From Trichoplax adhaerens (Eukaryota > Animalia > Placozoa), in assembly GCF_000150275.1 (NCBI RefSeq), contig NW_002060975.1, forward strand, positions 351,502 through 415,501: 64,000 nucleotides of DNA, given 5' to 3'. Shown here one piece after another: positions 38,801 through 62,104 of this stretch. The first letter of the stretch is position 1; every line of letters begins with the position of its first letter. The notes beneath the pieces are model-generated. The model did not search any database, was not told where the DNA came from, and was given only the letters and a program-made list of their open reading frames with translations. A program made the translations under genes and the position numbers.

Positions 38801-41800
38801 CGCATAAAACGAATTTATTACACGTATCGTTTCAAAGTCTTATTGCTTTGTTGTAACACATCGATTGTTAGGGCTTTGATCTAACGCACCATACGCTACT
38901 GCACGATGGTAATCTAACCTGGAAAATTACTAGCAAAAAGCCAATCGGTTTGAGCAAATTGCACATTATTTTAGCTCGTGCTAGGAGCATGTAAATTAGG
39001 AGCCGTTACCTGTTTTAATTGTTGATAAATATATGCAATTTGTATTGTTATTGACCAGAATTAAAGGTATTACTTTTGGAAGAATACCTAGTCCTACTCC
39101 AAAAGCAAGATGAGAAGTACTGTCTAAAATGTGAAAATGTTCAATCCGGACAAAACAGAGACGATAGCAGGGTATTTAATATAATCTATGTTGGATACTT
39201 ACAAAATGACATTATGTCGTGCCGTATATTCAACTAATAGTTTTTATCAATGTTATTCAGACTTTTCCCCCGCGCGAAAGTACCAGAAGCCCGATAATCA
39301 AGCTTGGCAATGTTATTGCTCGAGGAAATGCTGCTGGTAAGATTAGACGATCATAGATTATGATTTAGGAATGACGTACTATGTCTTAACGCATTACTTT
39401 ATGAAATATGTAGAGAAGACTGGTTTCTTTCTAGTCAATACATCACCAGTTGGTCCCCAAATTTATGAGTTAATTGCTGCTACGAAAAATGATAGAAATA
39501 TGTAGGTTTAGAAATCATTTCATTGCAAGCATGTACAGTAATTGTAATTCTAGTTTTGATGCGAATTTTTATAATTCAAGATGGCTTGAGCAGATAAGTA
39601 AAACGAAAACTGAAATGGAGGCAAGACGAGGTTATTATCATTGAGCTTTTCTGTCTATGTAATTAAATTTACGCAGGTGTAACTTTTGGAATATAATTTA
39701 CAGGGAGATCTCGACGTCCTGGATTGCTTGCTACTAGGACAAGTTTGACTACCGAGCTGGAAAAAAATGAGGATGATTCGTCTCCTATCAGTGAAACGAA
39801 ACCGGATATTAAAAGCGAATTTTCGATAAACAGCACCGATGACGTTAAGAAATCTACAAACTCTGACGATGAAAATTTATCTTTAAGTGGTGATGAAGGT
39901 TAAATAATAGAATGAAAGGCAAAGTTTTTATAATTGGTTTGTTATATAATTTTTGTATTTTAAGTACAATTATACCTTATGGTGTAGCTACTGAACCGGA
40001 GCAAAATGCGAAATTAAGCGAAATATCTGATAAAGAAATCAATTTAAGTGTAACAGATACTAATAGTTTAACGGATTCAATAAACGTAAGTTTTAAGATT
40101 AAGTACTTAGACAGAATTTAACGCTTCTGCACAGATTCGATACAATGATTTGAAAATATTGCGTCATGTTTTTTTAAGAGCCAACATTTTAGCGAAGGGA
40201 CTGGAATAATATTTTTATCATATTACTATATTTAGAATTCTACTGTTACCACAGATGACCACATCTCTAACAAGGATAATTTTACAAACGTCCAGATTAT
40301 AGGTATAAATACTGTTATATGCATATGCTACTAGCATTGCATATGTTGTTCATTGACAATGAAGTAAAGTACGAGTCTTCAAAAAATTTTTCTTCTTAAT
40401 ACTTTCTTAACTTGACACAGAAAAAATCAAGGAAAAAGATCGGCAAATTACGGCGTTGATGAGAGATAGATCGAAACTCTTGAATGAACTCAAAGTTAGT
40501 TAAAAGCTAATATTACTTGTCTATAATATTGGTAGTCATTATTACCACGTGTAAAGAATATTTCATTAACATGGAATGTAATTATTGATAGGGCCTATCT
40601 CCTGCAATACCGACTGTAACTGATAATGATATCCCCGTAGAGTGTAACGTAAGTTATTAAAAACGATGTGAATATGTACAATCACTCTCCGTAGGGATAA
40701 TTGCTTATTGATGTATCTTGACATATCCTATTTACTGTAGAAAACTAATATTTGGAAAAGCATTGCGGTTCGGTAAGAAGTTTTACGTTGATAATATTTA
40801 TAGCAAATGGTTGCTCGTATGAATATAGACCTTATTACTTGCTCTTGTGTTATCAGTTGTAATTCAGATATTATTGACTGATACTACATTATAGTGAGAT
40901 GAATTGATTTAACGTTGAATTTGTATCATTTTCATTCGCAGAGACTTAGTGATTGATGCAAAATCCAACGGTTAGTTTGGCAAGATATAAAATAAATTGC
41001 TTAAATTCAGTACTAGAATAAGTCATGTACCTTTTCTAATATTGAAAAATATATTTCTAGCTGGACAATTGAGAAGTTTAACCAGTGAATTAATAAGGCT
41101 TAATATAGATAATTTAAACTCAGGTAAATATTGTATATAATTTATTTGTAACGTACATACATACATGATGTGAATTAGGCAATCATAAGGTAGATTATCC
41201 CGTTTTGTTAACATGTTGCTTTTTTGTTGATATTAAAATATATTTGATGTAAATCAATCAATTAGATGGGGCATATAGTGAAAAATTTTTAGAAGATCGG
41301 CAGTCTTCTTTGCAGGTATAGTAATAAGTTTGTTTGAAAAAAAATGATAAGAGTATCAATAAATCATCCTTACCGGTTATTATTGATATGGTATGGCAAA
41401 GTATTATAATGTACAATTATATTTTGATTTTACTTTACTTGATACTAATTGTAGGAAAATGTCATTTCAATTTCGTCTGCAATTGATAATAAGCTGACAC
41501 GATTATTGGTAAGAAATTGTTGACCTCATTTTATGCTAGGAATTGTATAACATATAACCGATATTATAAATGGAGTTACCAATTCTTAATGTTTTATCTA
41601 AATAGGAAATAGTTCAAACTCCAAGTACAATTGTTGAAAGGTAGGTATACTTTGTGATCTCATTAGTGGTCAATATTTGGACGTTAGCAGCAGTAGTTGT
41701 AAAGATTGTATTTTTTTTGCAATACCAATTGAATAGAGAGGATGAACCCTGTAATGATGTAAAACGTAGTAATAGTGGTGGTCATGTGTCTGAACTAAGA

Positions 41801-42194
41801 AAGCAATTTGAAAGTCAAAGATCACCAGTATTACATAATTCTTCAAAAGCCGGTAAGTATACTGTACTAGTGAAATAATTGAATACATTGTAATTGATCT
41901 ATTTCCTAATGATTGAAAATTGGCTTAGATATTCCATTTTTGCAACAACGTGCGCGATTAAATAAGCAAGATAGATCTGATCATGTAAACAGTAACGAAA
42001 CATTTACGATGGTAAGTATCATAAAGTGAGAAAATATTATTTCATCATGTTAAGTATGTCATCAAATTGATTGGTTTGTGATTGTATCTACATAATTTTA
42101 GCCGATAGCTACAGATCGTCAAACTCCTGATGTGGAAAATAATGACAACTTTACCATTGGATCTCCTGATAGTGAAGGCGTATTCACTATCTAG
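29893..42194 (+). CDS. ARHGEF12: RGS-RhoGEF of the ARHGEF11/ARHGEF12 (PDZ-RhoGEF/LARG, Drosophila RhoGEF2) family: PDZ - RGS-like - C1 - DH - PH, about 60 short exons
   Basis: First coding exon MEDLSTLSGQDESSALIQRIVTIFRDQQNSYGFTVSGDNPVFVQSVRE (LARG-type PDZ). RGS-like segment HIAVFLHYLISNSDP...LLDFRQKRTLGLGSLFG. C1 domain GHQLCLTAFANTTFCANCKTVIWGISSNGYQCQ/CHCNFHKGPC. DH region KRQAVINELIHTEKVHVRNLKVL...CRRLRLQDLISTGYRRLTKYPLLLEQ. PH region LLHDGNLTWK...LLLEEYLVLLQKQDEKYCLK. Stop TAG at 42192-42194. It is probably co-orthologous to ARHGEF1/11/12, so the symbol is approximate. Confidence 0.92.
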
Positions 42195-42306
42195 AAGTTA
42201 CACTATTTTCGTATTGCAAGTGGTTGATTACAGATTGAAATGTAGTGATGATCCATTGGACAGTGCTACAGAAGTATCTATATGTTTGTGTATGCGTGTG
42301 CTATTT

Positions 42307-42328
42307 GTGTGTGTGTGTGTGTGTGTGT
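42307..42328. repeat. (TG)n microsatellite in the RhoGEF 3' UTR
   Basis: Uninterrupted TG run about 110 bp after the stop codon. Confidence 0.9.
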
Positions 42329-44244
42329 ATGTGATACGTATACGTATCATCAAATATTTGATATTTCAATGTTGCGAGCAATGTACATCATCGGCCACTA
42401 CTAATTACTGTTTTTAATATATTTTTCGGGTTAATTTTAAAAAAAATTATCTATTGTACATGATAAATTTACTAAGCGACAAAGGGAAATTGTGGGTTAT
42501 AGCTATAAGATGATGACATCAGTTTTTTTCATTGTCGTTGTATTTTATTGATCCACTTTTATTATTGTAAAGAAAGCTAGCGTCTGGAGAGAAGCTTAGC
42601 TTAGATGGATGTAGAAGTAATTATGTAACGGTTTTAATGCCTAGTTTGTTTTTACCTAGCTGTAGGTTACAGAACATATTTTGTACTATATCGAATTTGT
42701 CTTGTACGATATAGAGTGTATTGGATATCATTTTTGAGGCGAATTATGGATATATTTGTAGTGTATTATTACCTATTAGGATATCGATCTAGATAGGAAA
42801 GATATTAATCAGCGTTTAGTTAATGATGAAATTGCCATGTATGGAGATTGGCCTTACTGTTATTGAATAGTATAGATTGATAGCAATCCATTTTAAATTT
42901 TTTAAATTCGATACCGTATTTTACGTGTTATTAGTGGACATACTATTCTAACCATGATACCTATTGGTTTGTTGGAAATGGACATGTATGGAATTTTAAA
43001 TATCCAGCATTGACATTGTTTTATCATTCTTTATTAACCATGTGTAATATCTAAGTCAAAGGAATATATCATCTATGACTGCAGTCATTCAAGGTAATTG
43101 TGTTACCATAATGTAAAAACAACACAGTGATGTGTTTTAAATCTTTCCTTGGGCATGACAATTGATAAGCAATCTAGCCTATAAGTGTAAGTACGACAGC
43201 ATACCACTACGTACTAACAATCAATAAAGCTTTAAACGCCTTTCGATAGAAATATCGATGTTATGGACATTGTATAGTATTGATAGAGTTTTTGTGCATA
43301 TACATTTATTATACAGTACAGCGAGTAGAGAGCATAGAGCTACTGCAACCTTGGTCATGTTAACAGTATTGCTGTCGACAGTGTCTTTTTTTTTTTAGTG
43401 CGAGTAGTCCATGGTATTATCAACAGGCCAAGTCTATGTCAATACGATACTGCTCCACCTCCGCCATGTTTGCAACATTCCTTCGTTGCTATCAGGCAGT
43501 AGGATACAGTGCTGTTGCAACCTCTATCATCATGTTTGCCACATCTCATCGTCATCGTTGTTGAGCTTCTTGAAAGCCTAGAGGTTGTATAATTTTTCCC
43601 TTTACCTGTACCTGTATGATTCAAACCAACCAACGTTTTTCTTCTTCTTGGAATAGGATGCATATTAGCCTATTCGGTATGCGCCGTTAGATTCTCCACT
43701 AGCTCCAAAAGTCGACAGACTACAGGACAGAGCGAGAGCGGCTAATTTACTGCATTAAATTCATAAATTTTACGCTCTATGGGATTGAACGCTGCAAAAA
43801 ATATTGGGATCATATGTAATCTACTGTGCTACTACATTGCATAGAGTTAAATTGTCCTAGACCCGGACCCATTGCAGCAGCCACATGACCAACTCGTCAA
43901 CGCTGTAGAGATCATATATAATATTTTCCCTATCATATTCTATCATCGTATCCTATAACATTAGCCAGTTATCCAGACCAATCCGAACGTACGATGTACG
44001 ATGGCGTAAAGTATTTACTTACGAGCCAATGAAGCCGACATAGACGGATAGACCAATTTCAATACCATCATACACTCTGACCATGACTATTTTGGCTAGC
44101 AAAGTCGGCGGATTCAATCTCGTATTCTATAATTGTATTTTGAATTGAAATGTGTAACATTTGAATAGCAATATTATATACTGTATGACAATATACGCTT
44201 TCACTTCATGATCAGTAGCATCAAAATAGTGCAAACATACTGTA

Positions 44245-44787
44245 GTGTCCAGTCCAGTCCGTCCTCTCTAGTCCTGTCCAGTCAATGTCACCCTTTTAGC
44301 GAGCACCCCTACCATGGGAAAGGATCACCATCCATGTCAAATCATTTCTTCAGTCCAGTCTAGTCCAGTCCGTCCTATCTAGTCCTGTCCAGTCAATGCC
44401 ACCCCTAGCGAGTAAGCCTACCATGGGAAAGGATCACCATCCATGTCAAATCCTATCTTCAGTCCAGTCCAGTCCTTCCACTCCATTCCAGTCCGTCCTA
44501 TCCCGTCCGGTCCACCCCACCCCTAGCGAGTAAGTCTACCATAGGAAAGGATCACCATCCATGTGAAATCCTATCTTCAGTCCAGTCCTGTCCGCTCTAG
44601 TCAAGTCCGTCCTATCCCGTCCGGTCCACCCCACCCCTAGCGAGTAAGATAACCATAGGAAAGGATCACCATCCATGTGAAATCCTATCTTCAGTCCAGT
44701 CCCGTCCTGTCCTGTCCTGTCCAGTCCCGTCCACTCCAGTCCTGTCCACTCGAGTCCAGTCCGTCCTATCCCGTCCAGTCCACCCTG
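44245..44787. repeat. Minisatellite, about 4.5 units of 110-117 bp, each a (GTCCA/GTCCT)n tract plus a conserved core
   Basis: Core AAGGATCACCATCCATGT at about 44320, 44429, 44547 and 44661, each preceded by CCCCTAGCGAGTAAG-like sequence and followed by TCTTCAGTCCAGTC. Confidence 0.9.
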
Positions 44788-45129
44788 TCAGGAAGAGAAA
44801 AAAAAGTGTGACTGGCGCAATGCCGTGACGGCCACCCGCATACGGACATGCAGACACTGGACAATGGTCCCCATTGAGACCGTTTCAATGCAAGACCTCG
44901 TGTAAAAGCATGAGACGGTAGTAGAGTGGGTTTTGCGTCGACTATGACTAGGCTGGCGTGACGGAAGAGCTTGACTATAGCGTATGAAGTATGTTTTTAG
45001 TGGTGGTTGGAAAACGATTGTCCGCTAGCTTGGCTTAGTGGAGGAGAGAAAGACCAACAATATTTGCAATTCTTGCTTGCAAGACGCTGCCCAATTTCTC
45101 ATCGCTTTTGCAAATTGAAGTGGAATAGA

Positions 45130-55490
<10,361 letters not shown>

Positions 55491-57059
55491 GATGGGCCTT
55501 TGGAGATTAACATAGCTCCTTTTTGGTGCTCTCTTCAATTTGTTTACAGTTTGTTATATAGATACTGTAATTTGTTAGAAAATCATCCGCTGTGTTGATA
55601 ATAAGTTTAATCTATGAGAAAGTCGTCATACAGTCTGGCAGCAATAAATTTCTGCTTTTGTATATAATACGACATTCGTTGTGTCTTTCTATGATACATT
55701 TAATATAATAATCGAACTGAAAAGCGGAAAAAGAAACATTTCAAGTTTCCTTCATACAATATAAAGTAGTTAAATACTAATGTTTTTGTAACTGTAATGG
55801 CTTGTATTGTATCACGCATAATATTATTGTTGTACTTGAAGTGAGAGAGCCAAAGAGGACAATTGCCACGGAGTACCACAAGAACTGTTGGAACATTTGT
55901 ATTACAATCTCAAATGTTCACTAGTTATTGTGCTCGATGTTTAACACTCGAGGGTTAAAAAATATACTTTTAATTTTAATTCTAATGCAATCATGTTACT
56001 GTTCACAATATGCTTTGTAATTAATTGGCAAGTTTATGTACGTGAGTACACGTAAGAACTGCGGCTGGGTCAGTAATGTAAGAATGTGTCACGTCGAAAT
56101 TCTTTAATTGTATGTCAGTAGGTGATCGATGAAAAGGTGAATTGAAAATGGATAATCCATCACACCGACTAATTATATAAATCTACCGAATTTATTGTTG
56201 GATTATTCAAGTCTTTGTCAGATAGAAAAGTATCTCACATTACGTATAAATACTCCATCTTACATAAAACATTGTATTTCTTATTTGTTACTGTATAAAG
56301 AAATATTATGTTCCATGTCTAGATTCTAGAACGCAACGACCATTTGCTTGTACTGTACTTACAGTATTACTGAATGTAAAAAGAATTTCCTATGTTATTC
56401 TATGATCATCTACTAAATTCTACTGAACGCTGCTGTTTGATATGCGTGTCCTTTTTCATAATTGGAAAGTTATGCGTCTTCCTTCCAAAAGAATAAATTA
56501 TAAACTTGTTATAATGCTGAAATGAATTGTTTGTAATAGTGAAAATGAGGACCATCATATTTTAATGGATAAGCTGTTACCTGTTAGTGATAGCTAACGT
56601 GATTTATTAAGCAACGTTATATGCGAATAGTTGTAACGCATTTAAAGCACTAGCGTAAAGTATTCATTAGAACGTACTAGAGTTAGCTACTTAGTGCGTA
56701 TAACGAATCTGTTTGCATGTCAAAAGTCATCATCATAAAGGCATTCAAGTTAAGACTTTCAAGGAAACTTCACGCCATAAACTGCTAGCAATTTATTGGC
56801 AGTATTTAATAGCATTCAAATGATATTTGTTGCATTCACATATACAAAATCCATTACTGCATCTGCGTAATATATTATGGAGTAACTTGCATGGCTGCCC
56901 AAACATAGTTTCTTTAAGATTACTTATCTAAGAATGTATTAACTTCTCGATGATATTTACATTATTGAATAGATCAGTGAAAAATTTTATAATGTTATCT
57001 AAGTACTCAATAAAGTTTGCGTTCGGTTTTGTTTAAGAGAGACGAATGGTGTTACTATT

Positions 57060-57430
57060 CCTCCTGACGATAGGAGATTGTTACTATTTAGTGTCGCGCT
57101 GTAGGTTAATGTTGATGAGGGCAGACCTGACAGTAGACTCATAGTATAGTATTTCCATTAGTAGTTTTAATTTTCGTCTTTACAAAATTTAGATTGTGAC
57201 AGGCTGCCAGTCCGTAACCACCGATTTCTATGCATTGTAGGGATTTCCTGTGCCTGATGATAGGAGATTGTCCGTAATTAGGATCATACCTTGAGTCAAT
57301 GTCAGGGAGGAGAAACCTGACATGAACTCATGGCCTGGTATTTTTATTTATAGTTTTAATTTATTCGCGATTACAAATTTAAATTTAGAACAGGTTGCTA
57401 CTTGGTAATTATAGATTTCTAAGCTTTTTT
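57060..57430. repeat. Diverged tandem duplication of about 190 bp, possibly a decayed coding fragment on the minus strand
   Basis: CCTGAYGATAGGAGATTGT at about 57063 and 57253; ACCTGACA..ACTCAT, TAGTTTTAATTT, TTACAAA and ACAGG..GC..GATTTCTA recur at the same offset. Confidence 0.7.
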
Positions 57431-59894
57431 TGTAGGATTCGCTGTAGACTGTAGAGCTTTAAAGATTTATAATCGTATAATGATGAAATAGATATGATAG
57501 CGTAGCATACGAAAGAAGTATGATACTTTATTACCTGGTTATAAGCTGGTTGCTTGATAGGTATATAAATTGTTTTCCATCTTACAGAATAGCCTACATA
57601 GTATATTAACCTAATTTAGCACATTTTAATAAGGCAGTAATTGAATTAAAATAAACCATATGGATTGCAAGATAAGGTACCGATAATTTATAGCATAAAT
57701 TGCAATACTATAATGTACAATAGGCTATTAACGCTTTCATGCGTTATGTACAGCATTCTGAGCTATTCTATTAATTATCATGCTAGAGATAGCCATCTGT
57801 GGTATGAAATCATCTCGTATATCCATATGTATAAAATCATAGCAAAGATTAGATCCGTATATAGTTTTACCCTACTTGCCATGATAAGTTTTACCGATTT
57901 TGCCGCGGCCTTATAAACCTCATCAAAACAAAATAACAAAACCTACAAGCACATTATTAAACTTTTGGTCATGATCATGATAATAGGAGAACCATGAGAA
58001 AATGTAGTTGATAATTAAATTAACCAATTTAATGATGAAAATAATATAGTGTTGCCTTGAATTAGAATAATACAAAATATTTGAATTTTCTACAGAGCTA
58101 TTAAATGCATCATAGGTATATCTAGAAGTTAAAAGCGCTAAAAATGAGTAGTATTCTATCATTAAATGATATTTACAACCATGTGTATTAGAATTAAACC
58201 AATTTAAATCGACGTTTAGAATTGACTTACAATTTAGCTTTGTGATCTTATTCTCTGAGAATTGATATACTAGCCAAGAATACCTGACTACGTACTTTCC
58301 AATTACTAGCTATTTAGCATAATCGGAATCATATACTTGTACGCCATTTATACAAGTGCTAATGAAATTTTCTTTCAATGTATATTCAACATCTATTTAA
58401 GTAAAATACTGATAGATATTGAATAGATTTATATTATAGGTATAACAGAAATATTAAACAAGGGTTGTAGCGATCTTAGACCTGGATAGAGTTTATTTAC
58501 ACTAGATAATTTTGAATTTATAATCTAGTTATAAGTTTAACCCTCGACTAGATAAACTTTAGCTCTTAACTGGCTCAAATCACTTCAATTCTGAATATTT
58601 ATACTGGGTATTTATTAAGCCAATAACAGACAAAACAGAGATGGCGTAATAATTAAGATCAAATGTCAATCTGATGAATTCTATTCATTTCTTTGTCCGT
58701 ATTTATTATAAAATCCTATTGCTATAGCGCATATTAATAAGTTAATGTTGCTGTTTTATATTGCACAAATTTGTTTGCTGATAAATGCTGTCTTCCATTA
58801 CATGGACACATGTATGTCAGAAACTCAATTGAAAATCTACGCTAAAGGACTCGAATCAGGAACTACACTTGATCCCTTTTAGTCCGTTTTATAATCGAAA
58901 TTTTCCGTTATAACTATGCTAACAGCATTAATATAGCCAAAAGTTTATAGGATAACAAATATCCGCAAACATGTGCGCCCCACTGGGTACTTGCCAATGT
59001 TATAATCATCATAAAGATAGAAAAAAACTTTTTAGTATCCATTAATACTCTATTATACACTGGATTATAAGGAACTACTTTGGAAATGAATCTAGTTTTC
59101 TATTTATTCTTTACTGCAGTTTCTGGTGCTGTGCCGGAGATTCAAGCAGCGTCGTTATTTTCAGGATGAAACTGTATTGAGGCATTTAGCTAGCAGAAAG
59201 ATCTAATCTAAACCATTAACGTCGGTGCTGCTATCCCTTAAAATAAATTAAAATTCTCTAGTGAGAATTTATTACCATCTGTAGTCCAGACTGATCATTG
59301 TGTCCTATTTTATTATTCTATAGGATTTTGTTATGCATGGCAGGGAATATCGTTGTCAAGATTACGTATAATGTAGTTAAATATCGTGTGGGATATACAC
59401 TGTACAAGTAGAAACTTTATGTGAAGTTAACAACGAAAAGTAGTTTGTCGAATAAAGAGGATTTACGGTTCGTTACAAGTGACTGATTATAATGAGATTA
59501 TAAAGACATAACCGCTCATTCCTTTCGTAGAATTGGAGTAAATATTTGAAATATTGCAGAAAATTAATTGACTCGTTGTTTAAGTATTGATGACACTGTA
59601 AGAACTAACTCAAAACTTTAACTAACGCAATTATACTTTGCATTTTGGGCTAAATATTAATATGGAACAGGCATACTTGCGTATATTTATCTTTTGAATC
59701 TACTTTAGACTTTAAATTAACCAACATGATTAAGCATTGCAGTTTAGATTGGATATTTAGTCATAATTAGCATACGCGTACATACTTACTTACATAAAAT
59801 ACCTTACGTCAAATATTAAAAATTGAGGGAATGCCGTACGGGCATTAATTAATCTACTTTAGGCTTTAACTAACATGATCATGCCTGCCGGTTG

Positions 59895-59944
59895 NNNNNN
59901 NNNNNNNNNNNNNNNNNNNNNNNNNNNNNNNNNNNNNNNNNNNN
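59895..59944. other. Assembly gap (50 N)
   Basis: Run of N characters; the true gap size is unknown. Confidence 1.
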
Positions 59945-60318
59945 AAATTTATACATGAAAAGATACAAAGACAATATCAAATACTTCGATCCTTTCACAT
60001 ACACACAATTCTTCAACCATGAAAATCTATGGTCGGACAAGCAGTTAATCCTATATGAAAAATACTCTAGTTTGAATATTTATAACCCCCAAACACTACA
60101 GCTACAAATCACTCTACCATTCCCTCACTTCTACATAGAGGACATGCAATGGAATCTTCAACACTCTCAACTCATCATCAGGAGTGATCAGGATTACTGC
60201 TTAGTAAATTCAATGAAAAAGGAATAATATTTGCGTGAAATGTAAAGTTAATCTTGTATCTTGTACCCAATGCAATTTAACGAGAGTGACAATAAACTAA
60301 GTTAATATTGCTTCCATA

Positions 60319-61160
60319 ATCAATGAAGATGATGGATGTGTATGCTGTACAAATGGATAAAGTATACCCCCAATGTCAGTAAAACCAATACCCAAAAATA
60401 AATATAGCAAAGCATGATTAAAAGCAGTGTAGTCTATGTCTAGTCTATGGTCAATGCTATTGCTGAGTTAGTTTAATGTCTATTACAAATCGTAGTCAAA
60501 GAGCGACTTGAAAGAGAAAAGGAAAACATCCCTAACAAAACATTGGTAAAATAGGAGAACATAAAGATCAACATTGGGATGGAGAAAATGGATTGCAAAA
60601 TTGCAGCCTATCTATCATTAAGCATATCATCTAGTCTAAAGTAGATATTGATGACAGTCTTGTAATACTGTAGATGGCGATCTCTTCAGCTATTAATAAA
60701 CTAAATTAACATCACCTCTATCAATGAAGATGATGGATATGTGCTCTGTACAGATGGATAAAGTATACCCCTAATGTCAGTAAAACCAATGCCCAAAAAT
60801 AAATAATGCAAAACACCATTGCATATTCGTCCATGGGGCGAATGCAATAGTTGAGTTGGTTCGATTGTAATTATAAATGGCAGTGAAAGAGAGATTTGAA
60901 GAGAAAACGAAAACATTTGTAAAAAGATTCAGGATTAAGATTGAGGTAAAATAGGATGAGAAAATAAAAATGGGGATAAAGAAAATGATTTGCGAAATTG
61001 CAGTCGATCATAAAGCAAACCCCAAAAAGTCAGTTTAACCAATACCCAAAAAATAAATCAAAACAAAATTAATAGTATTGCAATCAATGCAATTGTGCAG
61101 CTAGTTCAATGTTTATTGCAAATTGCAGTGAAAGACGGACTTGAAAGAGAAACAATCTCA
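60319..61160. repeat. Diverged ~400-bp direct repeat (2 copies plus a partial third)
   Basis: ATCAATGAAGATGATGGAT...GGATAAAGTATACCCC.AATGTCAGTAAAACCAAT at 60319 and 60720; partial copy AACCAATACCCAAAAAATAAAT...TTGAAAGAGAAA from about 61037. Confidence 0.85.
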
Positions 61161-61200
61161 CCAAGTTCTTGGTCAAAAGAACATGAGAAGATAAAATAGT

Positions 61201-61997
61201 CTGCTAGCAAAGGCGATCATGACTGGAAGGGATATTGCCAACAGAAAATCGTCTTACCTTGTTGTCCATGTTGTCTTCCACTTTTTCCTGACCCTAAAGG
61301 TGGGATTGCCTGCTTTCATTCTGTTTCTCACCTTGCTATCCACAGTTTACAAAGTAAATTAGTGATTTCAATTAGAGCCAAGAAAAGTTGATGGCGAGCA
61401 TGCAGTAAGCAGCGTGGCTGTGCCATACTTTCTCAGTCCAAGTGAGGTTACTCGGTTGATATCTTGCTTATAATATTGTCCGCTGTAGAGTCAATTCCTG
61501 CTCCTATAGGGCGACAAGCTCTTTTGCACAGTAACTTGCAGCGCCGACTCTCTAAAATAAAATAGTCAATAAAATAGTCAATGTATTTGGTACAACATTT
61601 CTGCTGGCAAAGGCGATCATGACTGGAAGGGATATTGCAAAAAGAAAATTGTCTTACCTTGTTGTCCATGTTGTCTTCCACTTTTTCCCGACCCCAAAGG
61701 CGAGATTGCCTGCTTTCATTCTCTTTCTTACCTTGCTATCCACAGTTTACAAAGTAAATTAGTGATTTCAATTAGAGCCAAGAAAAGTCAATGGCGAGCA
61801 TGCAGTAAGCAGCGATTAGAGCCAAGAAAAGTAAATGGCGAGCATGCAGTAAATTGCGTGCCTGTGCGATACTTTCTCAGTCCAAGTGAGGTTACTCGGT
61901 TGATATCTTGCTTATAATATTGTCCGCTGTAGACCCCATTCCTACTTCTATAGGGTGACAAGCTATTTTGCACAGTAGCTTGCAGCGCCGACTCTCT
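61201..61997. repeat. High-identity ~355-bp direct repeat at 400-bp spacing; the second copy has an internal ~40-bp duplication
   Basis: CTGCT.GCAAAGGCGATCATGACTGGAAGGGATATTGC at 61201 and 61601, both ending GCAGCGCCGACTCTCTA. ATTAGAGCCAAGAAAAGT..ATGGCGAGCATGCAGTAA is duplicated at about 61771 and 61815. Confidence 0.9.
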
Positions 61998-62104
61998 ACT
62001 TAGTTTTCCTCTTCTTCTGCTGCCTTCTACACGTGAAATGGCAGTCAACCAGTGAACATCTTTTTTTCTCACATTCTTTTTCCATACTACAGATTTCTCT
62101 CTCA

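Noticed and set aside
44245-44787. CRISPR-like repeat-spacer appearance
   Set aside because: The 'spacers' are mutually related (GTCCA)n tracts, the context is eukaryotic and there are no cas genes; it is a minisatellite.
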